Shown: piece after piece, positions 10,030 to 22,538 of the stretch
Layout of the letters: each line of letters starts with the position of its first letter
How positions within the stretch are numbered: the first letter of the stretch is position 1
Source of the DNA: an uncultured delta proteobacterium
GTDB taxonomy: Bacteria > Myxococcota_A > Polyangia > Fen-1088
NCBI GenBank assembly: GCA_963737265.1
Contig: CAVTRY010000018.1
Coordinates: 64,001 to 128,000, forward strand
Direction of reading: 5' to 3'
Length of the DNA stretch: 64,000 nucleotides
Program-made: the position numbers and the translations under genes
Notes under the pieces: model-generated
Databases searched by the model: none
The model's input: the letters and a program-made list of their open reading frames with translations, nothing else
Told to the model about the DNA's origin: nothing

Positions 10030-10247
10030 TAACCGCAATGGTTGAGTTCTCGGCCCCTGTCGCATAGCATTCTGGCAGCGGAGACCAGCTATGAACCATG
10101 ATCGCATCACCCAGCTACGGATCGACCGCCAGGCAGCCAAGCCGGTCAGTTTCATCACCGACGTTCTTTACCGCAGGCACGGCGGCCTGCAGGGTTTGCT
10201 CAGACGTGGGTCGAAGGAGCTCAGTCTGGGAATTGGGCGTGGCCGAT

Positions 10248-10760
10248 CTACAACGACTCGCGCAGCGCCTGGCGGAGACTGGCCTCGACTGCCGGGCTGA
10301 ACGCGACCAGGAGAGCTTGGCCGATGGTCGAACACGCGGGCAGGGTTCGGCGAAGGGTTCGGACGGCGATGCGCGCGGCGCGCTCGACCGGGAAGCAATA
10401 CACGCCGCAACTGATGGCAGGAAATGCGATGGCCTTGATGCCGTTTTGCTCGGCCAGCTTGAGAGCGGTCTCGTAGCACGAGGCAAGCAGCGCATCTTCG
10501 CAGTTCTTACCTCCGTGCCAAACCGGACCCACGGCGTGAATCACATGACGTGCGGGCAGGCGATAGCCTCGCGTGATCTTGGCGCTTCCGGTTTCACATC
10601 CACCCAGCGTGCGGCACTCGGCCAGAAGCTCGGGCCCGGCGGCCTGGTGAATGGCGCCGTCCACGCCGCCGCCGCCCAAGAGCGACGTGTTCGCGGCGTT
10701 GACGATGGCGTCCACATCCAGCTTGGTGATGTCCGCGTTGACGACGGTGATGGAATTCAT
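10248..10760 (-). CDS. Macrodomain O-acetyl-ADP-ribose deacetylase (YmdB-like)
   Basis: [37 protein letters not shown] and FPAISCGVY. Confidence 0.92.
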   Translation of the reverse strand: MNSITVVNADITKLDVDAIVNAANTSLLGGGGVDGAIHQAAGPELLAECRTLGGCETGSAKITRGYRLPARHVIHAVGPVWHGGKNCEDALLASCYETALKLAEQNGIKAIAFPAISCGVYCFPVERAARIAVRTLRRTLPACSTIGQALLVAFSPAVEASLRQALRESL

Positions 10761-10777
10761 GGACGCTGCGACGTCTG

Positions 10778-12406
10778 TCAGAAGTCGTTGGGCGACAGAA
10801 CGCCGGCGCGTGGAACGAACGGCTTTGCGGCACCCGCGGGCGAACGCGTCGCGGGTGGGCGTTTCTGTGGGCTCGCGCCATCGAGGTGCGCGGATTTCGC
10901 GGACACGACCTTGCGTGCCGGCTTGGCAACCGGCATTGCACTGGCTGTCGTCGTGGTGGTTGCGCTCGGCACCTCGCGGGCTGGCTGCCAATCGCTGTTG
11001 TCGGGCGGGAACACAGTGCCAACGGGCGGCGCGGAAACGCTGGCTGGCAAAGCAGCCGGGGTATTCGCACGTTCCATTCCGGCGGGCCGGACGGGAGCGG
11101 CGTTTATGTTTCTGATGCGAGCCCGGCTCGGGTTGGACAGCGCGATCCACGCCACCAGAATGAGAGCGAGGGCGCCTCCGATGGCACGGATGCCCCGCTT
11201 GCGCAAACTGCGTCCGGCGCGAAGGTACCCCGGGTCTTCTGGCTGCGCCTGTCCCTGATCTCGTGCCGTCGGACCGCGGACCGTGACCGCCTCTTCCGCG
11301 TGGGTTCTGATGACCACGACGTCGCGCACCGGCGCCGGCGTCGCCACCGCGGCGGCGGATTTGTAATCTGTCTCGCCCGGTTTTTCGCCGGCTTGCTCGC
11401 TGGCCTGTTCGTCGGCAGCGTCGTCGCTTTGCTCCTCGATCTGGCAACGCACGCCGAGACGATCCAGATCGCCATCGAGGCAGGTCAGGGATTCGGGGCA
11501 GGCGCGCCGGAACAGAAGGGTGGCTTCGGGCGTGGCGAACAGGGCTACGCCGATGGCCCCACCGCCCGCGCCGGTCGGCTTGGCGATTCCCCCCAGCGCC
11601 CGCGCCAGCTCGGACGCGAGCGAGAAGTCATCGGTCATGATGGGGCACCCTGCCTGCGCGGCCACCTTCGCCAGTCGGTCACCATAGCGCCCTGCCGCGA
11701 TCAGTGCGCCAGTGGCGGAGCCCGCAGTCACCTCCTCGACAAAGCGCTGCGCAATATCGCGCAGATTGTCCATGGCCTGTTCGTAGGCAATGGGGTCGCG
11801 AGCGGCGTACTGCTTGACACCTTCAAGCACCTGCCCAGTTGGGATGGAATGGCTGGCCGAGAACAGCACCAGGTGCAGCCCCGTCGGCGCGGCCAGCGGC
11901 TCGATTTGGGGTGAGGCGTCCTTCCGGCGGGCGATCCTAATCAGCCCACCATGGGTTGCCGCGGCCAGATCCGCCCCCGAACCCGCGTTGCCTTGTGCCG
12001 CCCTGCGCGCGCCGTCGGCGATGCCGAGAATCTGGGACTTGCGATCGCGCATGGCGAGGCCGAGCGATTCGAACACGGCACCGATCGTTGCCACGGCGAT
12101 CGCCGCGCTCGTGCCGAAGCCGCTGCGCTCGCTGCCTTGCTGAAAGTCGTCCGTGTTCACCAGCACCGACCCAGCGGGAAGCGCTGCCGCGACATCGCCA
12201 AGCTCGGCCTTGGTTCGCCTGACTATCTCAGCCACCATCGGCGACATGGGATCGGTGCGGGTGGTGAATTGGGCTTTTGCGTGGCGTGTGACCGCCGCCA
12301 ACACGGTACTGCCTTCTTCCAGCACGGCATATTCACCAACCAGGGGAACCTTTCCTGGCGCGATTACCACCGGTGTCCCGAGTGGAGTGTTGTGTTCACC
12401 GTTCAT
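10778..12406 (-). CDS. GHMP (phospho)mevalonate-kinase-like domain fused to a TM helix and Pro/Ala-rich tail
   Basis: [35 protein letters not shown] and KPTGAGGG; TM helix [17 protein letters not shown]. Confidence 0.75.
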   Translation of the reverse strand: MNGEHNTPLGTPVVIAPGKVPLVGEYAVLEEGSTVLAAVTRHAKAQFTTRTDPMSPMVAEIVRRTKAELGDVAAALPAGSVLVNTDDFQQGSERSGFGTSAAIAVATIGAVFESLGLAMRDRKSQILGIADGARRAAQGNAGSGADLAAATHGGLIRIARRKDASPQIEPLAAPTGLHLVLFSASHSIPTGQVLEGVKQYAARDPIAYEQAMDNLRDIAQRFVEEVTAGSATGALIAAGRYGDRLAKVAAQAGCPIMTDDFSLASELARALGGIAKPTGAGGGAIGVALFATPEATLLFRRACPESLTCLDGDLDRLGVRCQIEEQSDDAADEQASEQAGEKPGETDYKSAAAVATPAPVRDVVVIRTHAEEAVTVRGPTARDQGQAQPEDPGYLRAGRSLRKRGIRAIGGALALILVAWIALSNPSRARIRNINAAPVRPAGMERANTPAALPASVSAPPVGTVFPPDNSDWQPAREVPSATTTTTASAMPVAKPARKVVSAKSAHLDGASPQKRPPATRSPAGAAKPFVPRAGVLSPNDF

Positions 12407-12767
12407 GAAGGGTCTTGGGCCGTACTTTCGGAAGGGCCACAGCGTGAACTGCGGACGCTGGCGGAAAGTTGGGTCTTGCCGCCGGTTCGACAGAATCGGC
12501 GGACAGCTGCAATTAGGAGCCGCGAAAAGATAACTTGAGCAAAGAGCGTGGCCGAGGCGTCCGGATGGCGAGGAGCGAGGAGCGAGCATACCCGTCGATA
12601 TGTAAGCTACCAGCGACGCAGCCAGCCGGGATGGATCGGCCGCGCACCTGCGAAAGTTATCTTCGAGCGGCGACTTAGTTGGTTGCCGCGAATTGCGCAG
12701 CTCGCTGCGTTTCAGGGGTGCCAGTCAGCGTGATGCTCAATTCGTCCCGGTAGTGTAGCACAAACCG

Positions 12768-14390
12768 TCACGCGCGTAAGCCAGGGGCTTCGTGGCCGCT
12801 GCGGGCGACGTATTCGAGGTAGCCGCCACCGTAGGGAATGACGCCTTCGGGAACCAGCTCGAGCACGCGGTTGGAAAGCCCGGCCAAGAAGCGGCGGTCG
12901 TGTGACACGAACAGCATGGTCGCTTCGAAATCGTGCAGGGCGCCGAGCAGCATTTCCTTGGTGGCGAGATCCAGGTGGTTAGTGGGCTCGTCGAGCACGA
13001 GCAGGTTGGGGCGGTCGTAGAGCAGGCGCGCCATCACCACACGTGCCTTTTCCCCGCCCGACAGAACGCGGCAGACCTTGTCGATGTCGCTGCCGGAAAA
13101 GCCGAAGCAGCCGCCCAGCGACTTGAGCGTTCCCACCGAAGCGAGCGGGAAGGCTTCTTCGAGGGTCTCGTACACCGTCTGGTCGGGATCGAGCAATTCC
13201 ATCGCGTGTTGGGCGAAGTAGCCGAGGCGCACGCCCGCGCCCAACGTGACCCATCCCGCGTCGGGCGAGGTTTCGCCCGCGACCAACTTGAGCAGCGTCG
13301 ACTTGCCCGCGCCGTTGACACCCATCACGCTCCAGCGCTCTTTGCGCCGGATCATCAGGTCCAGGCCGTCGTAGATGATCTTGCTGCCGTAACCCTTGTG
13401 CAGTCCTTCAATCTTGATCACGTCTTCGCCCGAGCGCGGCGCCTCGGGAAATTCGAAGGTGAGCGATCGCCGGCGTCGCGGCGGCTCGACCTTTTCGATC
13501 TTGTCGAGCTTCTTCACTCGCGATTGCACCTGCGCAGCCTTGGCGGCCTGGGCTTTGAAGCGCTCAATGAAACGGATTTCCTTGGCCAGCATGGCCTGCT
13601 GGCGCGCGTACGCGGCTTCGGCCTGCGATTCGTTGAGCGCGCGCTGCTTTTCGTAGAAATCGTAGTCGCCGGAGTACGTGGTGAGAACGCCACCGTCGAT
13701 TTCGATTACCTTGCCGACCACGCGATTCATGAACTCGCGGTCGTGCGTGGTCATCAGCAACGCGCCGTCGTAGCCTTTGAGAAAGCCTTCCAGCCAGATG
13801 ATGGATTCGATGTCGAGGTGGTTGGAGGGCTCGTCGAGCAGCATGACGTTGGGCCGCATGAGCAGAATGCGCGCCAGCGCCACGCGCATCTTCCAGCCGC
13901 CAGACAGATTGCCTACGTCGCCATCCATCATCTCTTGCGAAAAATTGAGGCCCGCCATGATTTCGCGCGCCCGAGCTTCCAGCGCATAGCCGCCGAGCTC
14001 GTCGAAGCGCGCCTGCACGTGACCGAAGCGGTCCACCAGAGCGTCAAGCTCGTCGGCACGCGCGGGATCCGCCATGGCGTGTTCGAGATCGTGCATCTCC
14101 TTGGCCATGGCGGAGACGGGCCCGGCGCCGGCCATGGTCGCGTCGATGGCGGACATGCCCCGCATTTCGCCCACGTCCTGACTGAAGTGGCCGATGGTGA
14201 CGTTGCGGTCGATGGAAATCTGCCCGTCGTCGACGGACTCTTCCCCCATGATGAGCCGGAAGATGGTCGACTTGCCGGCGCCGTTGGGCCCGACGAGACC
14301 AACCTTTTCGCCCCGCAGAAGCACGGCGCTGGCCTCGATGAAGAGGATCTGCGGACCATGCTGCTTGCTGATGTTGTCGAGGCGAATCAC
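12768..14390 (-). CDS. ABC-F family ATP-binding protein
   Basis: Two ABC cassettes (GPNGAGKS/LSGG/LLDEP and GVNGAGKS/LSGGE/VLDEP), no TM segments. Confidence 0.95.
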   Translation of the reverse strand: MIRLDNISKQHGPQILFIEASAVLLRGEKVGLVGPNGAGKSTIFRLIMGEESVDDGQISIDRNVTIGHFSQDVGEMRGMSAIDATMAGAGPVSAMAKEMHDLEHAMADPARADELDALVDRFGHVQARFDELGGYALEARAREIMAGLNFSQEMMDGDVGNLSGGWKMRVALARILLMRPNVMLLDEPSNHLDIESIIWLEGFLKGYDGALLMTTHDREFMNRVVGKVIEIDGGVLTTYSGDYDFYEKQRALNESQAEAAYARQQAMLAKEIRFIERFKAQAAKAAQVQSRVKKLDKIEKVEPPRRRRSLTFEFPEAPRSGEDVIKIEGLHKGYGSKIIYDGLDLMIRRKERWSVMGVNGAGKSTLLKLVAGETSPDAGWVTLGAGVRLGYFAQHAMELLDPDQTVYETLEEAFPLASVGTLKSLGGCFGFSGSDIDKVCRVLSGGEKARVVMARLLYDRPNLLVLDEPTNHLDLATKEMLLGALHDFEATMLFVSHDRRFLAGLSNRVLELVPEGVIPYGGGYLEYVARSGHEAPGLRA

Positions 14391-14405
14391 GGTGGCGGGG
14401 ATGTA

Positions 14406-17300
<2,895 letters not shown>

Positions 17301-17338
17301 GGTACTTCCCTACGTTTGTCGGCAGTTTGTGCGGGATC

Positions 17339-18526
17339 TCAAGGCCGTAACAAGTCCAGCCGATGGAGTTGCTCCATCAGCTTGGCGCGTTCGATCGGCT
17401 TGACGATGTAGGCGTCGCATTGCTCGCGAAAGGCATCCATGATGTGGCGGCTGTCCTTCATGGATGTCGTCATGATCACCTTGGTCCCCTTGCCGACGGG
17501 AAAGCCGTGCGCTTCTTCGATCTGTCGCAAGGCGTGCAGCGCGGCTTGTCCATCGAGCCGCGGCATCAGGATGTCCAGGCAAATGAGCTGATAGGGATCG
17601 TTCGCCTCCAGCGCCATCTTCACGGCGGCCACCGCTTCCTCGCCGTCGACGGCGACGTGCGACTCGCCGAGGGGGGCCAGGAATTTTTGCAGCATCAGGC
17701 GAGAGGTAAAGTCATCCTCGACGACCAAGGACTTGATCGCGCGCGTCTCGGGGCGGGATGCGGGCGGCGGAGCGTCGAGATAGGTTTTCCTATCCTCGTC
17801 GGAAAGTTCGACGGGCAGGGTAGGATCAAAGATTTGGTCTGCCAGCGCCTGCGCAGCCATCGGCGACGCCACCAGCAGGAGCAGCACCGTTTCCCGCTGT
17901 TTGCGATCGATGTCCGCGAAGACGGGCCGGCGTGCCACCAGGAGGCCGACGGCAGCGATGTCCTCCATAATCGGCAGGGTGTCATACTGATCCCGGGTGA
18001 TTTCGCTGACAACAGACTTCTCGACGAGGTACAGGCGATGGCGGGAGGCGACAGCCCCGCGAAGCGTTTCGGCCTCGCTGCCCGAGAGGCGAAAGGGAAG
18101 CTTGGCGTGGCCGTGCGCCGCCTCGTTGCTCGCCGCCCCTTGGACGGCGTCCCACTTGGAGGTGAGGCGGCCGAGGGCCGCTTCGTCCTCGCCCCGGTGG
18201 GCACCGACGCGAGAAAGTTGGTCCAAGGACGCGAAGGCGAGGTCGAAGAATTCGCCCGCGACGACGAGCTTTCCTTCGCGTATCGAGATGAAGGCTGCTT
18301 CCATGGCATGCACGAAGTGAGCCGCAACCGGCTGGTCGGCCATTCCCAGAGATCCCTTGAGCGAATGGGCCTGCCGCAATATGAGGTGCACTGCCTCAAT
18401 GGGCGCTTTGCCTTCGCGCACGGCCTGTTCCAAGGCGAGGAACAGTTGTTCGAGCTCCGCGACCCGGTCTTTCAGCTCAGAACGCAGAACTTCCAGGTCC
18501 GAGTCGTCGGTGGGAATGTCGGCCAC
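17339..18526 (-). CDS. Hpt-domain / receiver fusion protein
   Basis: N-terminal AHSLKGSLG (CheA P1-like) and C-terminal VVEDD...LDILMP...VKP receiver. Confidence 0.8.
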   Translation of the reverse strand: MADIPTDDSDLEVLRSELKDRVAELEQLFLALEQAVREGKAPIEAVHLILRQAHSLKGSLGMADQPVAAHFVHAMEAAFISIREGKLVVAGEFFDLAFASLDQLSRVGAHRGEDEAALGRLTSKWDAVQGAASNEAAHGHAKLPFRLSGSEAETLRGAVASRHRLYLVEKSVVSEITRDQYDTLPIMEDIAAVGLLVARRPVFADIDRKQRETVLLLLVASPMAAQALADQIFDPTLPVELSDEDRKTYLDAPPPASRPETRAIKSLVVEDDFTSRLMLQKFLAPLGESHVAVDGEEAVAAVKMALEANDPYQLICLDILMPRLDGQAALHALRQIEEAHGFPVGKGTKVIMTTSMKDSRHIMDAFREQCDAYIVKPIERAKLMEQLHRLDLLRP

Positions 18527-18529
18527 GCT

Positions 18530-18907
18530 TTACCCCAGGTGCGCTGCATTGAGGGCCTTGTGCAGCTCATCGACGCCAAAGGGCTTCAACATGTAGTAGG
18601 TACAGCCCAGCCGCTGTCCCATGGCGAGATCCTCCTGTCGGTGCTCGGAGGTCAGCATGATGACCGGGAGATCCTTGAACCTCGCCTGCCGCTTGACCCG
18701 CTTGAGCAACTCGAAGCCATTCATGTTGGGCATACTCACGTCGGAGAAGACGACATCGTAGTGACGGCCGGCGTTTTCGATCAGCTTGAGGGCATCCGCG
18801 CCATTGGTGGCTTCCTCGATGGCGAAACCGCGTAGCCCGAGCATGATCTTGATCAGCCGCCGGTGTTCGGGCGAATCGTCCACCACCAGCGCGTTTCTTT
18901 TGTCCAT
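18530..18907 (-). CDS. CheY-like single-domain response regulator
   Basis: LVVDDS, SDVSMPNMNG and LKPF. Confidence 0.9.
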   Translation of the reverse strand: MDKRNALVVDDSPEHRRLIKIMLGLRGFAIEEATNGADALKLIENAGRHYDVVFSDVSMPNMNGFELLKRVKRQARFKDLPVIMLTSEHRQEDLAMGQRLGCTYYMLKPFGVDELHKALNAAHLG

Positions 18908-18917
18908 GGCCACGCAA

Positions 18918-19532
18918 CTATCGACCATTGTCGGGCAGAGCTTGAGGCTGGATGTCGCGGGGCGAGCGCACGAGGAGGACGACGAGGTATGCCACCACGA
19001 CCACGTTCACGGCCAGTGAGCCGGCGCGTAGCCAGGTCGCCTTCTTGCAAAGCTCGATAACCTCGAGGGGCACGTAGACCATCCCGCTGGCGGCACCGAG
19101 CCAGGCGGCCCAGCGCCGGCCGCACCACAGCCCGTAGGCCTCGAGAAAGCGCAAGGACGAGTAGACCACACAGAACGCGGCCAGGCCCCACAGCCAGCGG
19201 TCGGTGACCTTGGCGGCAAGATTGAGGAAGAGGCGGGCGTAGTGCGCGGACGGATTGAAGCGTAGATGGTAGACGAGCTCTTCGCATGCCCCCTCCACAT
19301 TGCGATGGACAAGGCCAAGCAAGCCCATGGCCGCCAGCAGAAGCAGCAAGCCCTTCGCCGCCTCGTAGGCGGCGATGGTGCGCAGGCCCGCGGCCTTGAT
19401 GGGGCGGCGTGCTCGGGGAACGTCGCGTGCGAGCTCTACCAAGCGAGCGCGAGCTTTCCGTGCACGGGTGAGACGGGAACGACCATCCGGGCAGTCTACC
19501 TCATGGTTCAGGCTCCGGGCTCCAGGCTTCAA
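18918..19532 (-). CDS. DUF2127-like membrane protein (start uncertain)
   Basis: GLRTIAAYEAAKG, EAYGLW and YVPLEVIEL, with four hydrophobic segments. Confidence 0.75.
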   Translation of the reverse strand: MKPGARSLNHEVDCPDGRSRLTRARKARARLVELARDVPRARRPIKAAGLRTIAAYEAAKGLLLLLAAMGLLGLVHRNVEGACEELVYHLRFNPSAHYARLFLNLAAKVTDRWLWGLAAFCVVYSSLRFLEAYGLWCGRRWAAWLGAASGMVYVPLEVIELCKKATWLRAGSLAVNVVVVAYLVVLLVRSPRDIQPQALPDNGR

Positions 19533-19535
19533 GTT
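19508..19535. repeat. Short 7-nt periodic repeat (YCRGGCT-like x4)
   Basis: tcaggct ccgggct ccaggct tcaagtt. Confidence 0.5.
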
Positions 19536-19579
19536 GCGCGGTCGGCAGCGGGGGGATCGCCGTATCGAGCAGCGTCGAC

Positions 19580-19939
19580 CTACGGCGCGCGGGTCTCACC
19601 GCGTAGCCATGCAAGGTATGGGGCGTTTCCCTCGACGAGCGGGAGGGCGATGATTTCGGGGACTTGGTAGGGATGGATGGATGTCACGCGGTTGCGGACG
19701 GCGGGGTAAAGGGCACGCCGGGTTTTAAGCACGCACAGAGCTTCCGCTTCGTCGCACAACTTACCTTCCCAAGCGTATATGGAACGTAGGCCGGGCAGGA
19801 TGTTGACACAGGCGACGAGCTTTTCGGCGACGAGCGTCTTGGCCAAAGTGGAGGCCACGTCTTGATTGGGGACGGTGACGAATACGACGACGAAATCGCC
19901 GGGCGAGTCGGCAGCGCTGGGAGATTGACCGGAAGACAT
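19580..19939 (-). CDS. cutA: Divalent-cation tolerance protein CutA
   Basis: LVACVNILPGLRSIYAWEG and HPYQVPEII. Confidence 0.92.
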   Translation of the reverse strand: MSSGQSPSAADSPGDFVVVFVTVPNQDVASTLAKTLVAEKLVACVNILPGLRSIYAWEGKLCDEAEALCVLKTRRALYPAVRNRVTSIHPYQVPEIIALPLVEGNAPYLAWLRGETRAP

Positions 19940-20002
19940 GGGCGCAATGCTACCTCGAAACCGACCGGGCAAAGCTTCCGGCATCGGGTTAACATCGGCG
20001 CC

Positions 20003-20362
20003 ATGCATGAGCTGTCGATTGCCTCCGCAATCCTCGATCGCGTGACGGCCGCTGCCGAGCAAAATGCGGGGGCCCGCGTGACCAAGGTCGGACTGCGCGT
20101 GGGCGAGCTTTCGAGCGTGGATCCTGGTGCTCTCGCCTTCGGCTTTGAAGCCCTGGCCAAAGGCACGAGGCTGGTGGCGGGCGCAGTTCTGGAGATTGAG
20201 TACCGCAAACGCAGGCAGCGTTGCGCGGCCTGCAATCTAGAATTCGAACCCGGCGAAATATCCAGCAACTGCCCCGCCTGCAATGAGGCGGACAGCGTCT
20301 GCATCGCCGGAAACGAGCTCGATATTTCCTTCATCGAAGTAGAGGATCCCCCATGCGCGTAG
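20003..20362 (+). CDS. hypA: Hydrogenase maturation nickel metallochaperone HypA
   Basis: MHELSIA start, CAAC and CPAC. Confidence 0.93.
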   Translation: MHELSIASAILDRVTAAAEQNAGARVTKVGLRVGELSSVDPGALAFGFEALAKGTRLVAGAVLEIEYRKRRQRCAACNLEFEPGEISSNCPACNEADSVCIAGNELDISFIEVEDPPCA

Positions 20363-21036
20363 AGATCGAAGAAAAAGTGCTGGGCGAAAACGACCGACTG
20401 GCTCGACAACTGCGCGAGCGTTTTCGCACGCACAAGGTTTTCTGCGTGAACCTCATCAGCTCGCCAGGGTCGGGCAAGACGGCGCTGCTCGAACGCACGC
20501 TCGAAGCGCTGCCGCGAACGGCGAGGGTCGCGGTGCTGACCGGCGACATCCAGACCGAGAACGACGCGCGCCGCCTGGCCCGCGCCGGATTCCCCGTCAA
20601 GCAGATCACCACCGGCGGCACCTGCCATCTCGACGCCAGCATGATCATCAAGGCGCTCGACGACTGGGCTCTCGACGTCATTGATGTTCTCTTCATCGAG
20701 AACGTGGGTAACCTGGTTTGCCCCACCAGCTACGATCTGGGCGAACACGCCAAGATCGTGCTCCTCAGCGTCACCGAGGGTGAAGACAAACCACTCAAGT
20801 ACCCATCGATCTTCGCCGCGGCCGAGCTGTGCGTCATCAACAAGGTCGACCTTCTGCCCTACGTCCCTTTCAGTCTGTCCCAAGCCATCGCCAACGCGCG
20901 CCGCATTCATCCCGGCATAGAGATCGTCGAAACCAGCTGCACCAAGCTGCAAGGGTTGACCGAGTGGCTGGCGTGGATCGAGCGCAGGAAGACGCGGGCC
21001 ATGGAGGAGCGCGCGAAGCTTCTGGGTGCGCTGTGA
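20353..21036 (+). CDS. hypB: Hydrogenase nickel incorporation GTPase HypB
   Basis: SSPGSGKT, CHLDA, ENVGNLVCP and EGEDKPLKYP. Confidence 0.95.
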   Translation: MRVEIEEKVLGENDRLARQLRERFRTHKVFCVNLISSPGSGKTALLERTLEALPRTARVAVLTGDIQTENDARRLARAGFPVKQITTGGTCHLDASMIIKALDDWALDVIDVLFIENVGNLVCPTSYDLGEHAKIVLLSVTEGEDKPLKYPSIFAAAELCVINKVDLLPYVPFSLSQAIANARRIHPGIEIVETSCTKLQGLTEWLAWIERRKTRAMEERAKLLGAL

Positions 21037-21056
21037 CTCTGTGACTCTGTGGTGAA
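21031..21056. repeat. 8-nt periodic repeat (CTCTGTGA) between convergent genes
   Basis: ctgtga ctctgtga ctctgtgg tgaa. Confidence 0.6.
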
Positions 21057-21075
21057 GACCCGCTGGTCGAAGTCT

Positions 21076-22326
21076 TCAGCTCTCGATCCCCGCTTTGTCT
21101 TCCTCTTTCTCTTCCGCCCTTTCTTCGGCGACGGCAGCCTTGCGGCGCAGTTTCTCGACCAGCGTGGTTCGCCCCATGCCGAGCAGGCGCGCGGCTTCCT
21201 TCTTGTTGCCGCCCGATTGCGAAAGGGCCAGGCGAATATAGGTCTCCTCGGTCTCGCGCAGAAGACCCGGTAAATCAATCGGTAGGCGCAGATCGGCCAC
21301 CGGCGACGGCGACGGAGTCATGGTAATCGGCAGCGTGATTTCTGCCACGTCGGATGCGGACGCACAGGGGACGGCGTCAAGCTCGTCGGCGCCCATCGGA
21401 CCGATGGCAATCTCCCCGCTTTCGACCCGGCGCGACGCATCGGCAAGATCGACGAGCGCGCCGGCGCTGTCGACGCAATCGACGCCGGTCGTGTGCGCCG
21501 ACCGACGCGTTTTGGGAATATTGGCGGCGTCGAGGAACGACGGCGGAAGGTCAACCAGGGCGATGGTGCTGCTCTCCGCGCACACCGAAAGGCGCTCGGC
21601 GAGATTTTCCAGCTCGCGGACGTTCCCAGGCCACGGATAGTTCTCAAGCTGGCGAATGACGGCGGGCGCGACGGGCCGGGTCTCGCCGTGCTTGTGCCAG
21701 AAATGGAAGAAGAGTGGGCCGATATCGGTGGTGCGTTCGCGCAGCGGGGGCAACACCAGCGGGCAAACGTGGAGGCGATAGTAGAGGTCGCGGCGGAATC
21801 GGCCCGAACGTACATCCTCGGACAGATCGCGATTGGTGGCGGCGACCAGGCGGAAATCTCCCGTCACGGATTCCGAGCTGCCGACGGGCTCGTAGGTGCG
21901 ATTCTGCAGCAGGCGCAGCAGCTTCACTTGCAGCGCCAAAGGCAGGTCGCCAACCTCGTCGAGAAACAAGGTTCCGCCTTCGGCCATGGCCACGCGGCCG
22001 CGACGCGAGGCCACCGCGCCGGTGAAGGCGCCGCGCACATAGCCGAATAGCTCGCTTTCAAGAAGAGCGTCGGGAATGGCCGCGCAATTGACGGGAACGA
22101 ACGGGCGCTTCGAGCGAACGCTGTGGGTGTGGACCAGGCGCGCGAATACTTCCTTTCCCGTCCCCGTCTCGCCGGTCAGCAGCACGGTGGCGTCGCTTGC
22201 GGCGATACGCGTACAGGCGCGAATCACGTCAACCAGCGGCGAGCTCGGCGCGCAGACGATGCCGCTTGCGGCGGACACCGGCATGGGCGTGACGGTTGAT
22301 TCAGTCTTGAGCACGGTCATCTGCAT
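21076..22326 (-). CDS. Sigma54-dependent activator (AAA+ and Fis HTH), no N-terminal sensor domain (start uncertain)
   Basis: GETGTGKE, ESELFG, GAFTGA, FLDEVG, WPGNVREL and a C-terminal HTH. Confidence 0.9.
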   Translation of the reverse strand: MQMTVLKTESTVTPMPVSAASGIVCAPSSPLVDVIRACTRIAASDATVLLTGETGTGKEVFARLVHTHSVRSKRPFVPVNCAAIPDALLESELFGYVRGAFTGAVASRRGRVAMAEGGTLFLDEVGDLPLALQVKLLRLLQNRTYEPVGSSESVTGDFRLVAATNRDLSEDVRSGRFRRDLYYRLHVCPLVLPPLRERTTDIGPLFFHFWHKHGETRPVAPAVIRQLENYPWPGNVRELENLAERLSVCAESSTIALVDLPPSFLDAANIPKTRRSAHTTGVDCVDSAGALVDLADASRRVESGEIAIGPMGADELDAVPCASASDVAEITLPITMTPSPSPVADLRLPIDLPGLLRETEETYIRLALSQSGGNKKEAARLLGMGRTTLVEKLRRKAAVAEERAEEKEEDKAGIES

Positions 22327-22538
22327 CGATACATCCTCTGCAGTTGGCGGGTGCTGCGAACGCGCCAGCACCCCGTCTCGAACTTGTAAAACACGCGCAC
22401 GGGCAATCGATCGCGTCGGTCGATGTCTAATCCTTCAAGCAGCCAGGTCAGCATGCGGAAAAGTGGGCCGTATTCGACTCGCGTTGGCGGATGGGCAGGT
22501 TGGTAGGTCATGGATTTCGCGATGAGGATGCGATTCCT

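Noticed and set aside
3073-10186. 10-bp direct repeat GCACGGCGGC (3073-3082, 10177-10186) as a target-site duplication of the AP2/RM island
   Set aside because: Short and GC-rich, so plausible by chance, and no recombinase or terminal repeats accompany it.
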